64,000 bases of DNA from an uncultured Gammaproteobacteria bacterium (GCA_964483295.1 CAZAAD010000004.1:10782-74781); one strand, 5' to 3'. Positions 47,351 to 57,022 are shown, numbered from the stretch's first letter. Notes: generated by a model from the sequence alone, not told the origin. Numbers and translations: made by a program.

Positions 47351-48187
47351 CTATTGTTTAATACTAGCTAAATTTATCTGAAAACGAATAGTTCCAAGCT
47401 GGTCAGTTCGCTTAATTGGCACTTGCAGCGTTTGAGCTATGGCCAACACTTCTGGGGATGGATGCCCAAAACTATTATCCATGCCAACCGGAACTACTAA
47501 TATTTTCGGAGAAATTGCTGCTAAAAAAGCTAACTGATTGGAAGTTTTAGAACCATGATGAGAAGCTTTAAAAATATTGGCAGACAAATCATAACCAGAC
47601 GCGATTAAAAAATCCTCAACCTCTTTTTCATTATCTCCGGAAAACAAAAACCGATAATTAGCACAGGTCAATTTTACTATCAGGGAATTATTACCGTCTT
47701 CTTTTACTCCCAGACTAAGCGGATTAATAAAAAATAATTGACAGTCATCACTCAATTTTAAACTTGATTCATTTTTAATTTCCACTAACTCAGTATCGCG
47801 TCGCTTAGCTTCAGCTATTAAATAGTCCCCCAAAAGAAATTTTTCCAGACCAGCGGCGAAAATAATCTTCTCAACGCGATATCTTTCCAACACTGAAATC
47901 AATCCAACAATGTGGTCATCATGAAAATGACTGATAATAATAAAATTTATTTTTCTTTGGTAAGGTGGCAACTCTTCGCCGAGTCGATTTAAAATTAAAT
48001 TATCCGGACCGCCATCAATTAAAACATTTTTTCCATTAGGAAATTCCAACAAGCTGGCATCGCCCTGACCAACATCTAAAAAAGAAACTTCAAAAAATTT
48101 ATTTTTTTCAGTTTGTTGCCATAATAAAAACAAAATAGACAACAAGACGACAAAAAAAATAATTTTTATATTTTTTTTCTTTTTCAT
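47351..48187 (-). CDS. ComEC/Rec2-related metallo-beta-lactamase domain protein (stand-alone, membrane-anchored)
   Basis: N-terminal TM, FLDVGQGDASLLEFPNGKNVLIDGG, ISHFHDDH, ASHHGS. The ATG at 48187 (MKKKKNIK...) is preferred; the TTG extension to 48259 would run through a terminator hairpin. Confidence 0.75.
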   Translation of the reverse strand: MKKKKNIKIIFFVVLLSILFLLWQQTEKNKFFEVSFLDVGQGDASLLEFPNGKNVLIDGGPDNLILNRLGEELPPYQRKINFIIISHFHDDHIVGLISVLERYRVEKIIFAAGLEKFLLGDYLIAEAKRRDTELVEIKNESSLKLSDDCQLFFINPLSLGVKEDGNNSLIVKLTCANYRFLFSGDNEKEVEDFLIASGYDLSANIFKASHHGSKTSNQLAFLAAISPKILVVPVGMDNSFGHPSPEVLAIAQTLQVPIKRTDQLGTIRFQINLASIKQ

Positions 48188-48249
48188 GTTGCTATTATAG
48201 CAATTCACCAATGAACGCCCCTTAATATTTTCCTGAAAAATACTTAAAA

Positions 48250-48286
48250 AACTATACAAAAACCGCCCTGATTCCGCAGGTCGGCC
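48250..48286 (-). terminator. rho-independent terminator after the Lys-rich mini-gene
   Basis: Stem ccgccctg / caggtcgg (48263-48270 / 48277-48284, one mismatch), followed by tttttgtat on the minus strand. Confidence 0.55.
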
Positions 48287-48339
48287 TTTGTATAATTTTC
48301 AAATTAATAAAATCTATTATCGCTAATAAACTTTAAAAA

Positions 48340-48480
48340 TTATTTTTTCTTAGCAGCCTTTTTCTTAGCAGCTGGTTTCTTTGCAACCTTCTTAGGGGCA
48401 GCTTTCTTAACAGCCTTCTTGACGACTTTTTTCTTAGCAACCGGCTTCTTAGCGGCGACTTTTTTTGCAGTTTTTTTCAT
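48340..48480 (-). CDS. 46-aa Lys/Ala-rich histone H1-like basic protein (below the ORF-track cutoff)
   Basis: ATG at 48480 to TAA at 48340 gives MKKTAKKVAAKKPVAKKKVVKKAVKKAAPKKVAKKPAAKKKAAKKK. It is preceded by the perfect SD AAGGAGGTGA 7 nt upstream and has its own promoter and terminator. Confidence 0.65.
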   Translation of the reverse strand: MKKTAKKVAAKKPVAKKKVVKKAVKKAAPKKVAKKPAAKKKAAKKK

Positions 48481-48563
48481 AATATATCACCTCCTTTCTT
48501 GAAAAATTTTTTTCGACAGAGTTGTGATACGAAAAAATTTTTAAAAAAATTTCCTACATCTAT

Positions 48564-48592
48564 ATTATACAGCGAATAAAAATAACACGCAA
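48564..48592 (-). promoter_or_regulatory. sigma70-type promoter for the Lys-rich mini-gene
   Basis: On the minus strand: TTGCGT (48592-48587), 17-bp spacer, TATAAT (48569-48564). Confidence 0.55.
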
Positions 48593-48612
48593 TAGTTTTT
48601 AGGATAATTTTT

Positions 48613-48650
48613 AAAAAAATTCCCTCCAGGCATTTTAGCGTGGAAGGAAT
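48613..48650 (-). terminator. rho-independent terminator after glyQS
   Basis: 10-bp stem attccctcca / tggaaggaat (48619-48628 / 48641-48650, one G-U pair on the minus-strand RNA), followed by a 7-T run on the minus strand. Confidence 0.7.
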
Positions 48651-48685
48651 TCTTATCTCCGCACTTTAATTTATCGCGGAAAGAT

Positions 48686-50074
48686 TTAATTTATTGCTTG
48701 GCGGAAAAAATTTTCTAACTCGGAAATTTTTATTCTCTCTTGTTTCATTGTATCGCGGTAACGAATAGTAACATCATTATTTTCCAAGCTATCAAAATCA
48801 ATTGTTAAGCAAAAAGGTGTACCAATTTCATCTTGACGGCGATAGCGCTTACCAATATTGCCATTGTCATCGAATTCACAACGCCAATCTTGCTTTAAAA
48901 CATTAAACACTTCGCGCGCCTTAGCAACTAATTCCGGCTTATTCTTTAATAATGGAAAAACGGCAATTTTTACTGGCGCTAACTTAGGAGCAATTGCTAA
49001 AACAATGCGCACCTCGCCCTCAATTTCTTCTTCCCGATAAGCTTCACTTAGGACGGCCAAAAAAGTCCGACCGACTCCAGCGGAAGTCTCAACCACATGC
49101 GGCACAAATTTTTCATTCGTCGCGGGATCTAAATAATTTAACTCCTGTCCCGAAAACTTGCCATGTTGAGTTAGGTCATAATCACCACGGGCGTGAACAC
49201 CTTCTAATTCTTTAAAGCCAAAAGGAAAATTATATTCAATATCATAAGCTTCCTTAGCATAGAAAACTAAATTTTCATGTTTATGCCAACGTAAATTATC
49301 TGCCTTAATACCTAGCCCTAAATAAAAAGCAAATCTAATTTCTCGCCACTGCTCAAAATATTCCATATCATCTCCAGGCTTCACGAAGTACTGCATTTCC
49401 ATCTGTTCAAACTCTCTGGTGCGAAAAATAAATTGACGCGCTGTAATTTCATTACGAAACGCTTTACCAATCTGAGCAATACCAAAAGGAATTTTCACAC
49501 GAGCAGTATCAACGACATTCTTAAAATTAACATAAATCCCCTGACAGGTTTCGCCGCGTAAATAAGTTGGTTCTTTAGTCCAGTCGCCGGTAAAATTACC
49601 CAGATTTGATTGCACAAGTAAATTAAATTTCTTCCCAGGCGTAAAATCTTGCGCACCACAGTTAGGGCATTTTATCTTAACCCGATTTTGTTCAAAAATT
49701 TCGTTGATTTCATCTTCTGACATTTTTTCATCCGCAAAAACACTAGCTTCCTCTAATAAAGAATCGAGGCGTAAACGGCTATGACATTTTCGGCATTCAG
49801 TTAATGGATCAGAAAATCCTTTAACATGACCAGACGCCTCCCAAATTTTCGGACTCATAAAAATTGCCGAATCTAAACCAACCACGTCATCGCGCAACTG
49901 AGTCATAGCTCGCCACCACTCCTTCTTTATATTGTTAGCCAACTCAACACCATAAGGTCCAAAGTCATATACCGCGGTAAAACCATCATAAATTTCTGAT
50001 GACGGAAAAACAAAACCACGTCGCTTAGCAAGGGCGACAATCTTATCCATTTTTTTATCTACTTCCTTTTTCAT
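48686..50074 (-). CDS. glyQS: glycine--tRNA ligase (homodimeric GlyQS type)
   Basis: MDKIVALAKRRGFVFPSSEIYDGF..., YLRGETCQGIYVNF, FGIAQIGKAFRNEITARQFIFRTREFEQMEMQYF. The start could instead be the internal ATG at 50050. Confidence 0.92.
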   Translation of the reverse strand: MKKEVDKKMDKIVALAKRRGFVFPSSEIYDGFTAVYDFGPYGVELANNIKKEWWRAMTQLRDDVVGLDSAIFMSPKIWEASGHVKGFSDPLTECRKCHSRLRLDSLLEEASVFADEKMSEDEINEIFEQNRVKIKCPNCGAQDFTPGKKFNLLVQSNLGNFTGDWTKEPTYLRGETCQGIYVNFKNVVDTARVKIPFGIAQIGKAFRNEITARQFIFRTREFEQMEMQYFVKPGDDMEYFEQWREIRFAFYLGLGIKADNLRWHKHENLVFYAKEAYDIEYNFPFGFKELEGVHARGDYDLTQHGKFSGQELNYLDPATNEKFVPHVVETSAGVGRTFLAVLSEAYREEEIEGEVRIVLAIAPKLAPVKIAVFPLLKNKPELVAKAREVFNVLKQDWRCEFDDNGNIGKRYRRQDEIGTPFCLTIDFDSLENNDVTIRYRDTMKQERIKISELENFFRQAIN

Positions 50075-50097
50075 ATAAAATTAATTAATTCCTGAAA

Positions 50098-51795
50098 TTA
50101 CATTTCTTCTAAGACTGGTAACCCCAGTAAACCAAAACCATTTTCTAAAACTTGCGCCACTGCCTTAATTAAAGACAGGCGCGCCTTTTTAACCTTTTTA
50201 TCTGACTTTAAGATATTAACTGTATGATAATAGTCATTAGAATCTTTAGCTAGTTCAAACAAATATTTAGAGATTTCTCCTGGATTCTTTTTTTCTTGAG
50301 CCGCTACCACTATTTCCGGATAACGAGCTATTCTCATTAACAAATCTTTTTCTTTAACTTCGGTTAAAACAGAAAAATCGGTTCTACCCGCAAAAAAACT
50401 AGCACCTTCTTTTCGTAAAATACTTTTTAAGCGAGCGTGGCTATATTCTAAATAACAAGCAGTATAACCATCAAACTTAAGCGCCTCTTCAATATTAAAA
50501 GTCATTATTTTATCCGCACTCACTTTTAACATTTCAAATTTAATAACCGCAATAGCTAATGATTCCGCGGTTTTAGAGACATCTTCTAAAGACCAATCTT
50601 CTCGCCTAGCCCTAGTTTCCTTTTCCAGGCGTCCCTTAATTTTATCCTTTAATTCTCGATAGGTAATAACATTGCCCGTTCGAGAAGACATCATTCCCTC
50701 CGGCAAAGTAACAAAGTCGTAAGGTAGATGGGTTAATTTTTGCTTATAGCCAAGAAGTTCAAGAACTTTAAATAATTGCTTAAAATATTGACTTTGGCGA
50801 ATATCAACAACATAAATAGATTCCGCTAAATCATATAAGCTAAATTTATTAACTGCTAAAGCCAGGTCAGCTACCGGATAAAGTGCCGTGCCGTCTGAAC
50901 GAATGACTGGTAAAACTCCTAGGCCATATTTTTCTAAATCAGCAATGATTGCCCCCTGACTCTCTATTAAAATATTTTTTGCCCGCAAGGACTTAACCAT
51001 AGCCAACCCCTCAGTAATGACCTCGCTTTCATAAAAAGTGCGAGCGAACTTAATACCTAGCTCCTTATATATAGAAGCAAAGTATTCAATACTCCAATCT
51101 CTTGTCTCCTTCCATAATAAATAGATTTCCCCCTGACGGCTTTCAATCTCCTGCATCACTTTAGTAACTTCAAGCTTATACTCTGGTCTTTCTGTTAATT
51201 TTTGGCTAGCATCAGCGTAACATTTGCCCAATAAATAACCTTTTGGTTCATCAAGGTTAGCATAGGCTGGATTTTGTTTCCAGTTCCATAAAGTTTTAGC
51301 AACGTGAATGCCAAAATCATTAATATAAGAAACTCTTACCGCCACAAAACCATTAGCGTCAAGAATGCGACTAACAGCGTCGCCATAAGAAATATTACGC
51401 AAATGGCCGACATGATATTCTTTATGAGTGTTCCCATTAGAGTACTCCACCATAATTCTTGCTCCTTGACCACTATCATTAGTGCCATACTTATTTTTTG
51501 TTGTTCTGACGGCTGTTATGACATTTTCTGCCAAAAAATTCAGAGAAAAGAAAAAATTGACATAAGGACCGACCGCCCGCACTTCACTAAAAAACTTTTT
51601 AAAGTCTTCAGATTGACTAATTTTTTTAGACCAAGCGCTAGCCAGCTCTGCTGGGTTTTTTCCTAATTTTTTTGCCGTCTCAAAACAAGCCAAACTCAAA
51701 TCACCCAACTCAGAAGTTGGGGGGTAAGAAAATATCGGCCTTTCTTGTTCTAGAAAGGAGGCAATCTTAGTTTTTACGTCTTCAATCAAGGCCAT
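50098..51795 (-). CDS. argS: arginine--tRNA ligase
   Basis: VEYSNGNTHKEYHVGHLRN (HIGH region), MSSRTGNV (KMSK-like), and a C-terminal anticodon-binding DALR-type domain. The ATG at 51795 is preferred over the TTG at 51819. Confidence 0.9.
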   Translation of the reverse strand: MALIEDVKTKIASFLEQERPIFSYPPTSELGDLSLACFETAKKLGKNPAELASAWSKKISQSEDFKKFFSEVRAVGPYVNFFFSLNFLAENVITAVRTTKNKYGTNDSGQGARIMVEYSNGNTHKEYHVGHLRNISYGDAVSRILDANGFVAVRVSYINDFGIHVAKTLWNWKQNPAYANLDEPKGYLLGKCYADASQKLTERPEYKLEVTKVMQEIESRQGEIYLLWKETRDWSIEYFASIYKELGIKFARTFYESEVITEGLAMVKSLRAKNILIESQGAIIADLEKYGLGVLPVIRSDGTALYPVADLALAVNKFSLYDLAESIYVVDIRQSQYFKQLFKVLELLGYKQKLTHLPYDFVTLPEGMMSSRTGNVITYRELKDKIKGRLEKETRARREDWSLEDVSKTAESLAIAVIKFEMLKVSADKIMTFNIEEALKFDGYTACYLEYSHARLKSILRKEGASFFAGRTDFSVLTEVKEKDLLMRIARYPEIVVAAQEKKNPGEISKYLFELAKDSNDYYHTVNILKSDKKVKKARLSLIKAVAQVLENGFGLLGLPVLEEM

Positions 51796-51936
51796 AATGG
51801 TAATTTTTGGCAACACCAAGAACCATAAATCCTTGGTAATAATAATATAATTATGTTATAATACTATCAGACTTCTTCAAGTTTTTCAATCAATATAAAT
51901 AATCGAGCCGACTGACTCGGCCGGCTTATAAATCTT

Positions 51937-52911
51937 ATGTTTTCTTATCGCGCACTCTTAAAACAAGCCTGGAATATTGCCTGGCAATATAAGCCTCTGT
52001 GGATTTTTGGCGTTTTTGCCTCAATCGCGGCGGCTAGCGGCTCTTTTGAGTATCAAATTTTAGTCAATAATTTCCAAAATGGTGCCCTAGAAAGCTCTTA
52101 CTACCACTTAGGCATGTTCGTGTTGATTCTAAAAACTATTGGCGGATTTGTTCTTGGCTTAATAAATCTTTTTTCCTACAATCTGCTTGATGTGATTAAC
52201 ACGCTAACTGTCTTAATTATTACCGGAACTATTGTTGCCTCTTTTGTCTGGTTATCCGTTACTTCTCAGGGCGCCCTGGTTTTAAATGCTAAAAAGCTTA
52301 TCACAAGCAAGAAGAAACCAGAAGATTTAAACATTCAAGAAGGTTTTACCAAAGGAAACAAATATTTCTGGCAAATTCTAGGATTTAACGTGTTAACAAA
52401 ATTTGCCATTGCTCTTATCCTATTTTTAATCAGTCTACCTCTAGTTTTTTTAGCTAGCAAAGCATCTGGCCTACTAGCAACAATGTACACTCTGGCCTTT
52501 GTTATTTTTATCCCTCTTGCCATTGCCACATCTCTTATCCTTAAATACGCTATTGCCTATTTAGTTTTAGAGGATGAAAGTTTTTGTGCAGCCTTCAAAA
52601 AATCTTGGCATTTATTTATTAAAAATTGGTTAGTCAGCGTAGAAATGGGCATAATTCTCTTTTTGGTCAGCTTTTTGGTCGGTTTCATTATTTTAGCTAT
52701 CTTATCTATTTTTGTCCTTCCTTATTTTGTCTTTGCCTTAGATTATGGCCTAGCTTGGCTAATTATTACCCTGGCCCTATTATCATTATTCTTACTAATA
52801 GTAAGCAGCGCTCTATTAGCCACCTTCCAAATTTCAGCCTGGACTGGATTATTCCTAGATCTTAAAAATAATCGCGGTTTAGCAAAATTGGAAAGATTAT
52901 TTAAAAGATAA
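51937..52911 (+). CDS. polytopic membrane protein of unknown function, immediately upstream of the tandem PilB gene
   Basis: 324 aa with about 6-7 hydrophobic segments and no recognisable catalytic motif. It ends 6 nt before the next ATG. Confidence 0.55.
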   Translation: MFSYRALLKQAWNIAWQYKPLWIFGVFASIAAASGSFEYQILVNNFQNGALESSYYHLGMFVLILKTIGGFVLGLINLFSYNLLDVINTLTVLIITGTIVASFVWLSVTSQGALVLNAKKLITSKKKPEDLNIQEGFTKGNKYFWQILGFNVLTKFAIALILFLISLPLVFLASKASGLLATMYTLAFVIFIPLAIATSLILKYAIAYLVLEDESFCAAFKKSWHLFIKNWLVSVEMGIILFLVSFLVGFIILAILSIFVLPYFVFALDYGLAWLIITLALLSLFLLIVSSALLATFQISAWTGLFLDLKNNRGLAKLERLFKR

Positions 52912-52917
52912 TTTGTT

Positions 52918-55900
52918 ATGCGTCCAGTTGATTCTATAGAAAATTTAATTAATCCTACAGGCGACGAACAAAGCGTCGCCGGTATTTTTGCTAAGAAACA
53001 AAGGGAGATAAAGCAAAAAGAGGCAGAAAGACAAACTCAACGCGATGCGGCTGATGTCGGCTTAGAATATATTAATCTTTTTGGATTCCCTATCAGCCCA
53101 GAAGCTTTGGGATTAATCAGCGAAGAGAGAGCCAAAGAGATTAAAGCTATCTGTTTTTTTTATGATGGCAATAACTTGCGCTTAGCCTGCCTGGCTCCCA
53201 CAGAAGATGTTTTAGCCGAACTTAAAAGCCTAGCTGACCGCTATTTTGCTAATGCAAAACTATATTTAATCTCAGAAAATAGTCTTAGCTACGCTCTAGA
53301 TGCCTACCGTTCTGTACCAAAAATCAAAAAATACGACAGTGGCGTAGAAATCAGCCAAGTACAGCTCCAGAAATTTAAAGACGATATCACGAGTTACAAA
53401 AACTTAAACGATAAAATAAACGAAGTTAACATTACCGATGTTATTACTTTAATGTTGGCCACAGCTATAAAAGTAGGGGCGAGCGATATCCATATTGAAG
53501 CCGAAGAAAGAGGTGTGGTAATTCGTGTCCGTATTGATGGTGTTTTACAAGAAGCCGCGGTTATTGCTAGAGAAAAATGGCAAAAAATTATATCTCGCCT
53601 CAAGATTCTCTCCAAGGTAAAGCTTAATATTGAGAATAAGCCGCAGGACGGACGCTATACTATCTTCCTTCAAGATCATAAAATTGATGTACGCTGTTCT
53701 TTTCTGCCAACCGCTTTCGGAGAAAGCGTGGTAATGCGTTTACTTGATTCCCATACTTCTGCTTTAGATATCAATAAACTTGGTATCCGTACAGAGATAA
53801 TGCCAATTCTCCAAAAAGAAATTTCCAAACCTAACGGCTTAATTTTAACAACCGGCCCAACTGGCAGCGGAAAAACTACTACTCTCTACTCTATTCTTAG
53901 CCAATTAAATAAACCGGGGAATAAAATTATCACCTTAGAGGAACCGATTGAATATCAACTACCTGGTATTAATCAAAGTCAGGTAGACGCTAAGCATGGT
54001 TTTAATTTTTCTGAAGGTCTGCGCTCTATTTTACGCCAAGACCCGAATATCGTAATGGTTGGCGAAGTACGCGACTTAGAAACAGCCGAAATCGCTATTC
54101 AGGCCGCCCTGACTGGACACTTAGTGCTTTCCACGCTACATACTAACGATGCTTCTGGTGTTATCCCGCGCATGATTGATATTGGTGTTAAGCCTTATTT
54201 CTTAGCGCCAGCTGTGAACGCGGTTATTGGGCAACGCCTAGTGCGACAACTTTGTACCCATTGCCGCCAAAAAAAAACAATTACCCCAGACGAAGAGGAA
54301 TTAATTTATAAAATTTTAGCAGTCATCTCGCCTAAAGCAGGGGTTAACGTTCCCTCAACTCTACCGACCATCTTTCAATCAGGTGCCGGTTGCGAGCACT
54401 GTAACTTTACCGGCTATAGCGGGCGCTCGGGTATTTTTGAAATTTTTACCATTAACGATAATATCCGCCAACTCGTTATTGATAATGCTCCTTCGTTTAA
54501 AATTCTGCAACAAGCAATTGAAAACGGCATGATAACCATGCTGCAAGATGGTATTTTAAAAGTCTTGGAGGGCTTAACTAGTCTTGAGGAAATTTATCGT
54601 GTTATCGGTAATTTTGATTATGTCAACGAACTATACGATATCGTTATTTCCCAAACTATTGGTCGCGGTATCAGAATTAAAGAAGAAGAGATAGGGGAAA
54701 TTACTGAAATTGGCAAAGATATTTTAAATATCAGCGATCACGCCAACCAAATTCCTAGCTCCAAGCTCGTAGCCCTAACAATGGGACTTGCGGTACTACG
54801 CGATGCGGGCGATGTTCACATTGAACCGACAGAAAACGATGTAAAAATTCGTTTCCGTATTGATGGCATTATGCATGATGTCTTCTCGGTGCCTAAAACT
54901 AGTTATTTGCCGTTACTATCGGAAATAAAAATCCTTGCCGGTACGCCAACTAATGTAAAAAAAGCAACTTTCGATGGACGCTTCAGTATTTATTTACCGC
55001 CAAACAGAAAAATTGATTGCCGTTTATCTATTATTGCGGGCGGTTACGGGGAAACGATTGTTGTGCGCTTACTCTCATCTTCAGCGGCTAGCTTGGAATT
55101 ACCAAAATTAGGTGTTTCTTCAGTAGCCCTAGAAGCTATGAACCGGGCTATGCAAAAAAACCGGGGTATTATTATTACTACTGGACCGACTGGTAGCGGT
55201 AAAACCACTACCCTATACAGCATGCTCAATAAGTTAAATCATCCTGATGTAAAAATAATTACTGTTGAAGATCCAATTGAATATCAATTATCGGGTGTCA
55301 TGCAAACACAAATTGATGAAGCAAACGGTTATACCTTTGCCTCAGCCATGCGTTCACTTTTGCGCCAAAATCCAAATATCATGATGATTGGTGAAATTCG
55401 TGATAATGAAACCGCCAAGATTGCTATTGAGGCTGCCATGACTGGTCACTTAGTATTATCAACCATTCATGCTAATAGTGCCGCGGGAGCTATCTTCCGT
55501 TTTGCTGGCCTTGGTGTAGAAAGACAAATGCTCGCTAATTCTATGGAGTTCGCTATCGGTCAACGTTTAGCTAGACGTCTTTGTCCGCATTGCAAACAAG
55601 CAGCTGAAACATCCGTCGAAGACCTAGCTAGAGTTAAGGAAATTTTAAATAGCATTAAGAATCCGGCCGTTGTCATCCCTGAGCAAATGACTTTTTATAA
55701 GAGTGTTGGCTGCGAACAATGCGGACAAATCGGCTATAAGGGCCGAATTGGTCTGTACGAAACCATTGAACTAACTCCCAATATCCGCAAACTAATGCAA
55801 TCTGATGGTATTACTGAATATGAAATTGAGCAGGCCGCTATCAGCGAAGGCATGGTAACTATGCTCCAAGACGGAATCTTAAAAGCTTTGGCCGGAGAAA

Positions 55901-55932
55901 CGTCTTTAGTAGAAATATTTCGTGTCGCTTAA
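52918..55932 (+). CDS. tandem-duplicated type II/IV secretion ATPase (GspE/PilB family): T2SSE_N-like N-terminus + two complete ATPase cores
   Basis: Core 1: GASDIHIE, GPTGSGKTTT (53854-53877), IVMVGEVRD, TGHLVLSTLHTN, CTHC...CEHC. Core 2: AGDVHIEP, GPTGSGKTTT (55183-55206), IMMIGEIRD, TGHLVLSTIHAN, CPHC...CEQC. Confidence 0.9.
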   Translation: MRPVDSIENLINPTGDEQSVAGIFAKKQREIKQKEAERQTQRDAADVGLEYINLFGFPISPEALGLISEERAKEIKAICFFYDGNNLRLACLAPTEDVLAELKSLADRYFANAKLYLISENSLSYALDAYRSVPKIKKYDSGVEISQVQLQKFKDDITSYKNLNDKINEVNITDVITLMLATAIKVGASDIHIEAEERGVVIRVRIDGVLQEAAVIAREKWQKIISRLKILSKVKLNIENKPQDGRYTIFLQDHKIDVRCSFLPTAFGESVVMRLLDSHTSALDINKLGIRTEIMPILQKEISKPNGLILTTGPTGSGKTTTLYSILSQLNKPGNKIITLEEPIEYQLPGINQSQVDAKHGFNFSEGLRSILRQDPNIVMVGEVRDLETAEIAIQAALTGHLVLSTLHTNDASGVIPRMIDIGVKPYFLAPAVNAVIGQRLVRQLCTHCRQKKTITPDEEELIYKILAVISPKAGVNVPSTLPTIFQSGAGCEHCNFTGYSGRSGIFEIFTINDNIRQLVIDNAPSFKILQQAIENGMITMLQDGILKVLEGLTSLEEIYRVIGNFDYVNELYDIVISQTIGRGIRIKEEEIGEITEIGKDILNISDHANQIPSSKLVALTMGLAVLRDAGDVHIEPTENDVKIRFRIDGIMHDVFSVPKTSYLPLLSEIKILAGTPTNVKKATFDGRFSIYLPPNRKIDCRLSIIAGGYGETIVVRLLSSSAASLELPKLGVSSVALEAMNRAMQKNRGIIITTGPTGSGKTTTLYSMLNKLNHPDVKIITVEDPIEYQLSGVMQTQIDEANGYTFASAMRSLLRQNPNIMMIGEIRDNETAKIAIEAAMTGHLVLSTIHANSAAGAIFRFAGLGVERQMLANSMEFAIGQRLARRLCPHCKQAAETSVEDLARVKEILNSIKNPAVVIPEQMTFYKSVGCEQCGQIGYKGRIGLYETIELTPNIRKLMQSDGITEYEIEQAAISEGMVTMLQDGILKALAGETSLVEIFRVA

Positions 55933-55949
55933 ATATAAATTTAACAATT

Positions 55950-56525
55950 ATGATTGATAAGAAATTTCTAGAACACCTCAAAGAGGACTATGCGGCTAAC
56001 GAAAAAGAGCGTCGCCAGATTATTAGTGCCGCTAATGGCCTATTGTTTGAAGCAAAAAAAATTATTTTTGCCATTCAACGCCAAGACCTTAAAACTGCGG
56101 CAGAAAAATTAGACGCTTTAGAAAGTGAATTTAAAAATTTAGAAAAGCGCTTTGGCATTGACCGCCTGCGCAAGGAAGGGGCCTATAAAGCGGCGGCTGA
56201 AGAATATCTTGAAGGTAAAACTTTATTTTTAATAATTAAGAAAAAGCCAATTACTAAAATTGAAGGTGCTTCTTTTGATTATGAAGCTTATTTAGGCGGC
56301 ATTTGTGACTTAATCGGTGAACTAGTGCGCTACGCGACCAACCAAGCAGCCAAGGGAAAGTTTGCTGAAGTTCCAAAAATAAAAAAAGCAGCCGATGATA
56401 TTATGGTACAGCTGGTAGACTTTGATATGACTGGCTATCTACGCACAAAATACGACCAAGCTCGCGGCCATTTACGCAAACTGGAACAGATGGCTTATGA
56501 AATCAAGCTCAAGACAGGAAAATAA
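55950..56525 (+). CDS. translin-family protein
   Basis: DYEAYLGGICDLIGELVRYATNQAAKGKF...LVDFDMTGYLRTKYDQARGHLRKLEQMAYEIK parallels human translin DVEDYLSGVLILASELSRLSVNSVTAGDY...FRLLNLKNDSLRKRYDGLKYDVKKVEEVVYDL. Confidence 0.65.
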   Translation: MIDKKFLEHLKEDYAANEKERRQIISAANGLLFEAKKIIFAIQRQDLKTAAEKLDALESEFKNLEKRFGIDRLRKEGAYKAAAEEYLEGKTLFLIIKKKPITKIEGASFDYEAYLGGICDLIGELVRYATNQAAKGKFAEVPKIKKAADDIMVQLVDFDMTGYLRTKYDQARGHLRKLEQMAYEIKLKTGK

Positions 56526-56527
56526 CT

Positions 56528-57022
56528 ATGCAGTTAGCGATTATTTCCGATCTACATGACAATCTAGTTAATATAAAACTCTGTCTTGATTGGTGCCGGG
56601 AAAACAAAATTGAAAAAATAATTTGCTGTGGTGACGTCGGCAACCGAGAAACTATTTCTTATCTCTCTACTAATTTTAGTGGCGAGATTTTTTTAGTAGC
56701 GGGCAACGCGGAAACACATGAAGTAGCCGACTTAAAACCATTAACTAATATAAAATTTTTTGGATTGTTGGGAAAAGTAGAGCTAGATAATTTAAAAATA
56801 GGCTTTTGCCATAAAGAAAAAGACATCCCCGGATTACTCACTACTAACTGGTGCCCGGATTTTATCTTTTATGGACACAGTCATAAACCGTGGCTTGAAA
56901 AAAAGAATAAAACCATGTTTGCTAATCCAGGAAACTTAGCCGGTATCTTCTTTGCTCCCACCTTTGCTGCTCTTAATACCGAAAAAAAATATCTTGAACT
57001 AAAATTATTATCCAACTTATGA
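56528..57022 (+). CDS. YfcE/MJ0936-type metallophosphoesterase
   Basis: ISDLHDN, CCGDVGN, GNAE and GHSHKPW calcineurin-like metal-binding motifs in 164 aa. Confidence 0.8.
   Translation: MQLAIISDLHDNLVNIKLCLDWCRENKIEKIICCGDVGNRETISYLSTNFSGEIFLVAGNAETHEVADLKPLTNIKFFGLLGKVELDNLKIGFCHKEKDIPGLLTTNWCPDFIFYGHSHKPWLEKKNKTMFANPGNLAGIFFAPTFAALNTEKKYLELKLLSNL

Noticed and set aside
3971-51819. 5' extensions of the ORF-track models for ftsA, pilD, the 346-aa TSP3 gene, ruvB, the helicase-nuclease, the Wzy_C gene, the MBL gene, the ComEC-like gene and argS.
   Set aside because: Each extension begins at a TTG or GTG and adds non-conserved residues ahead of an in-frame ATG that gives the family-typical N-terminus. 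Some run into the upstream gene or a terminator hairpin.
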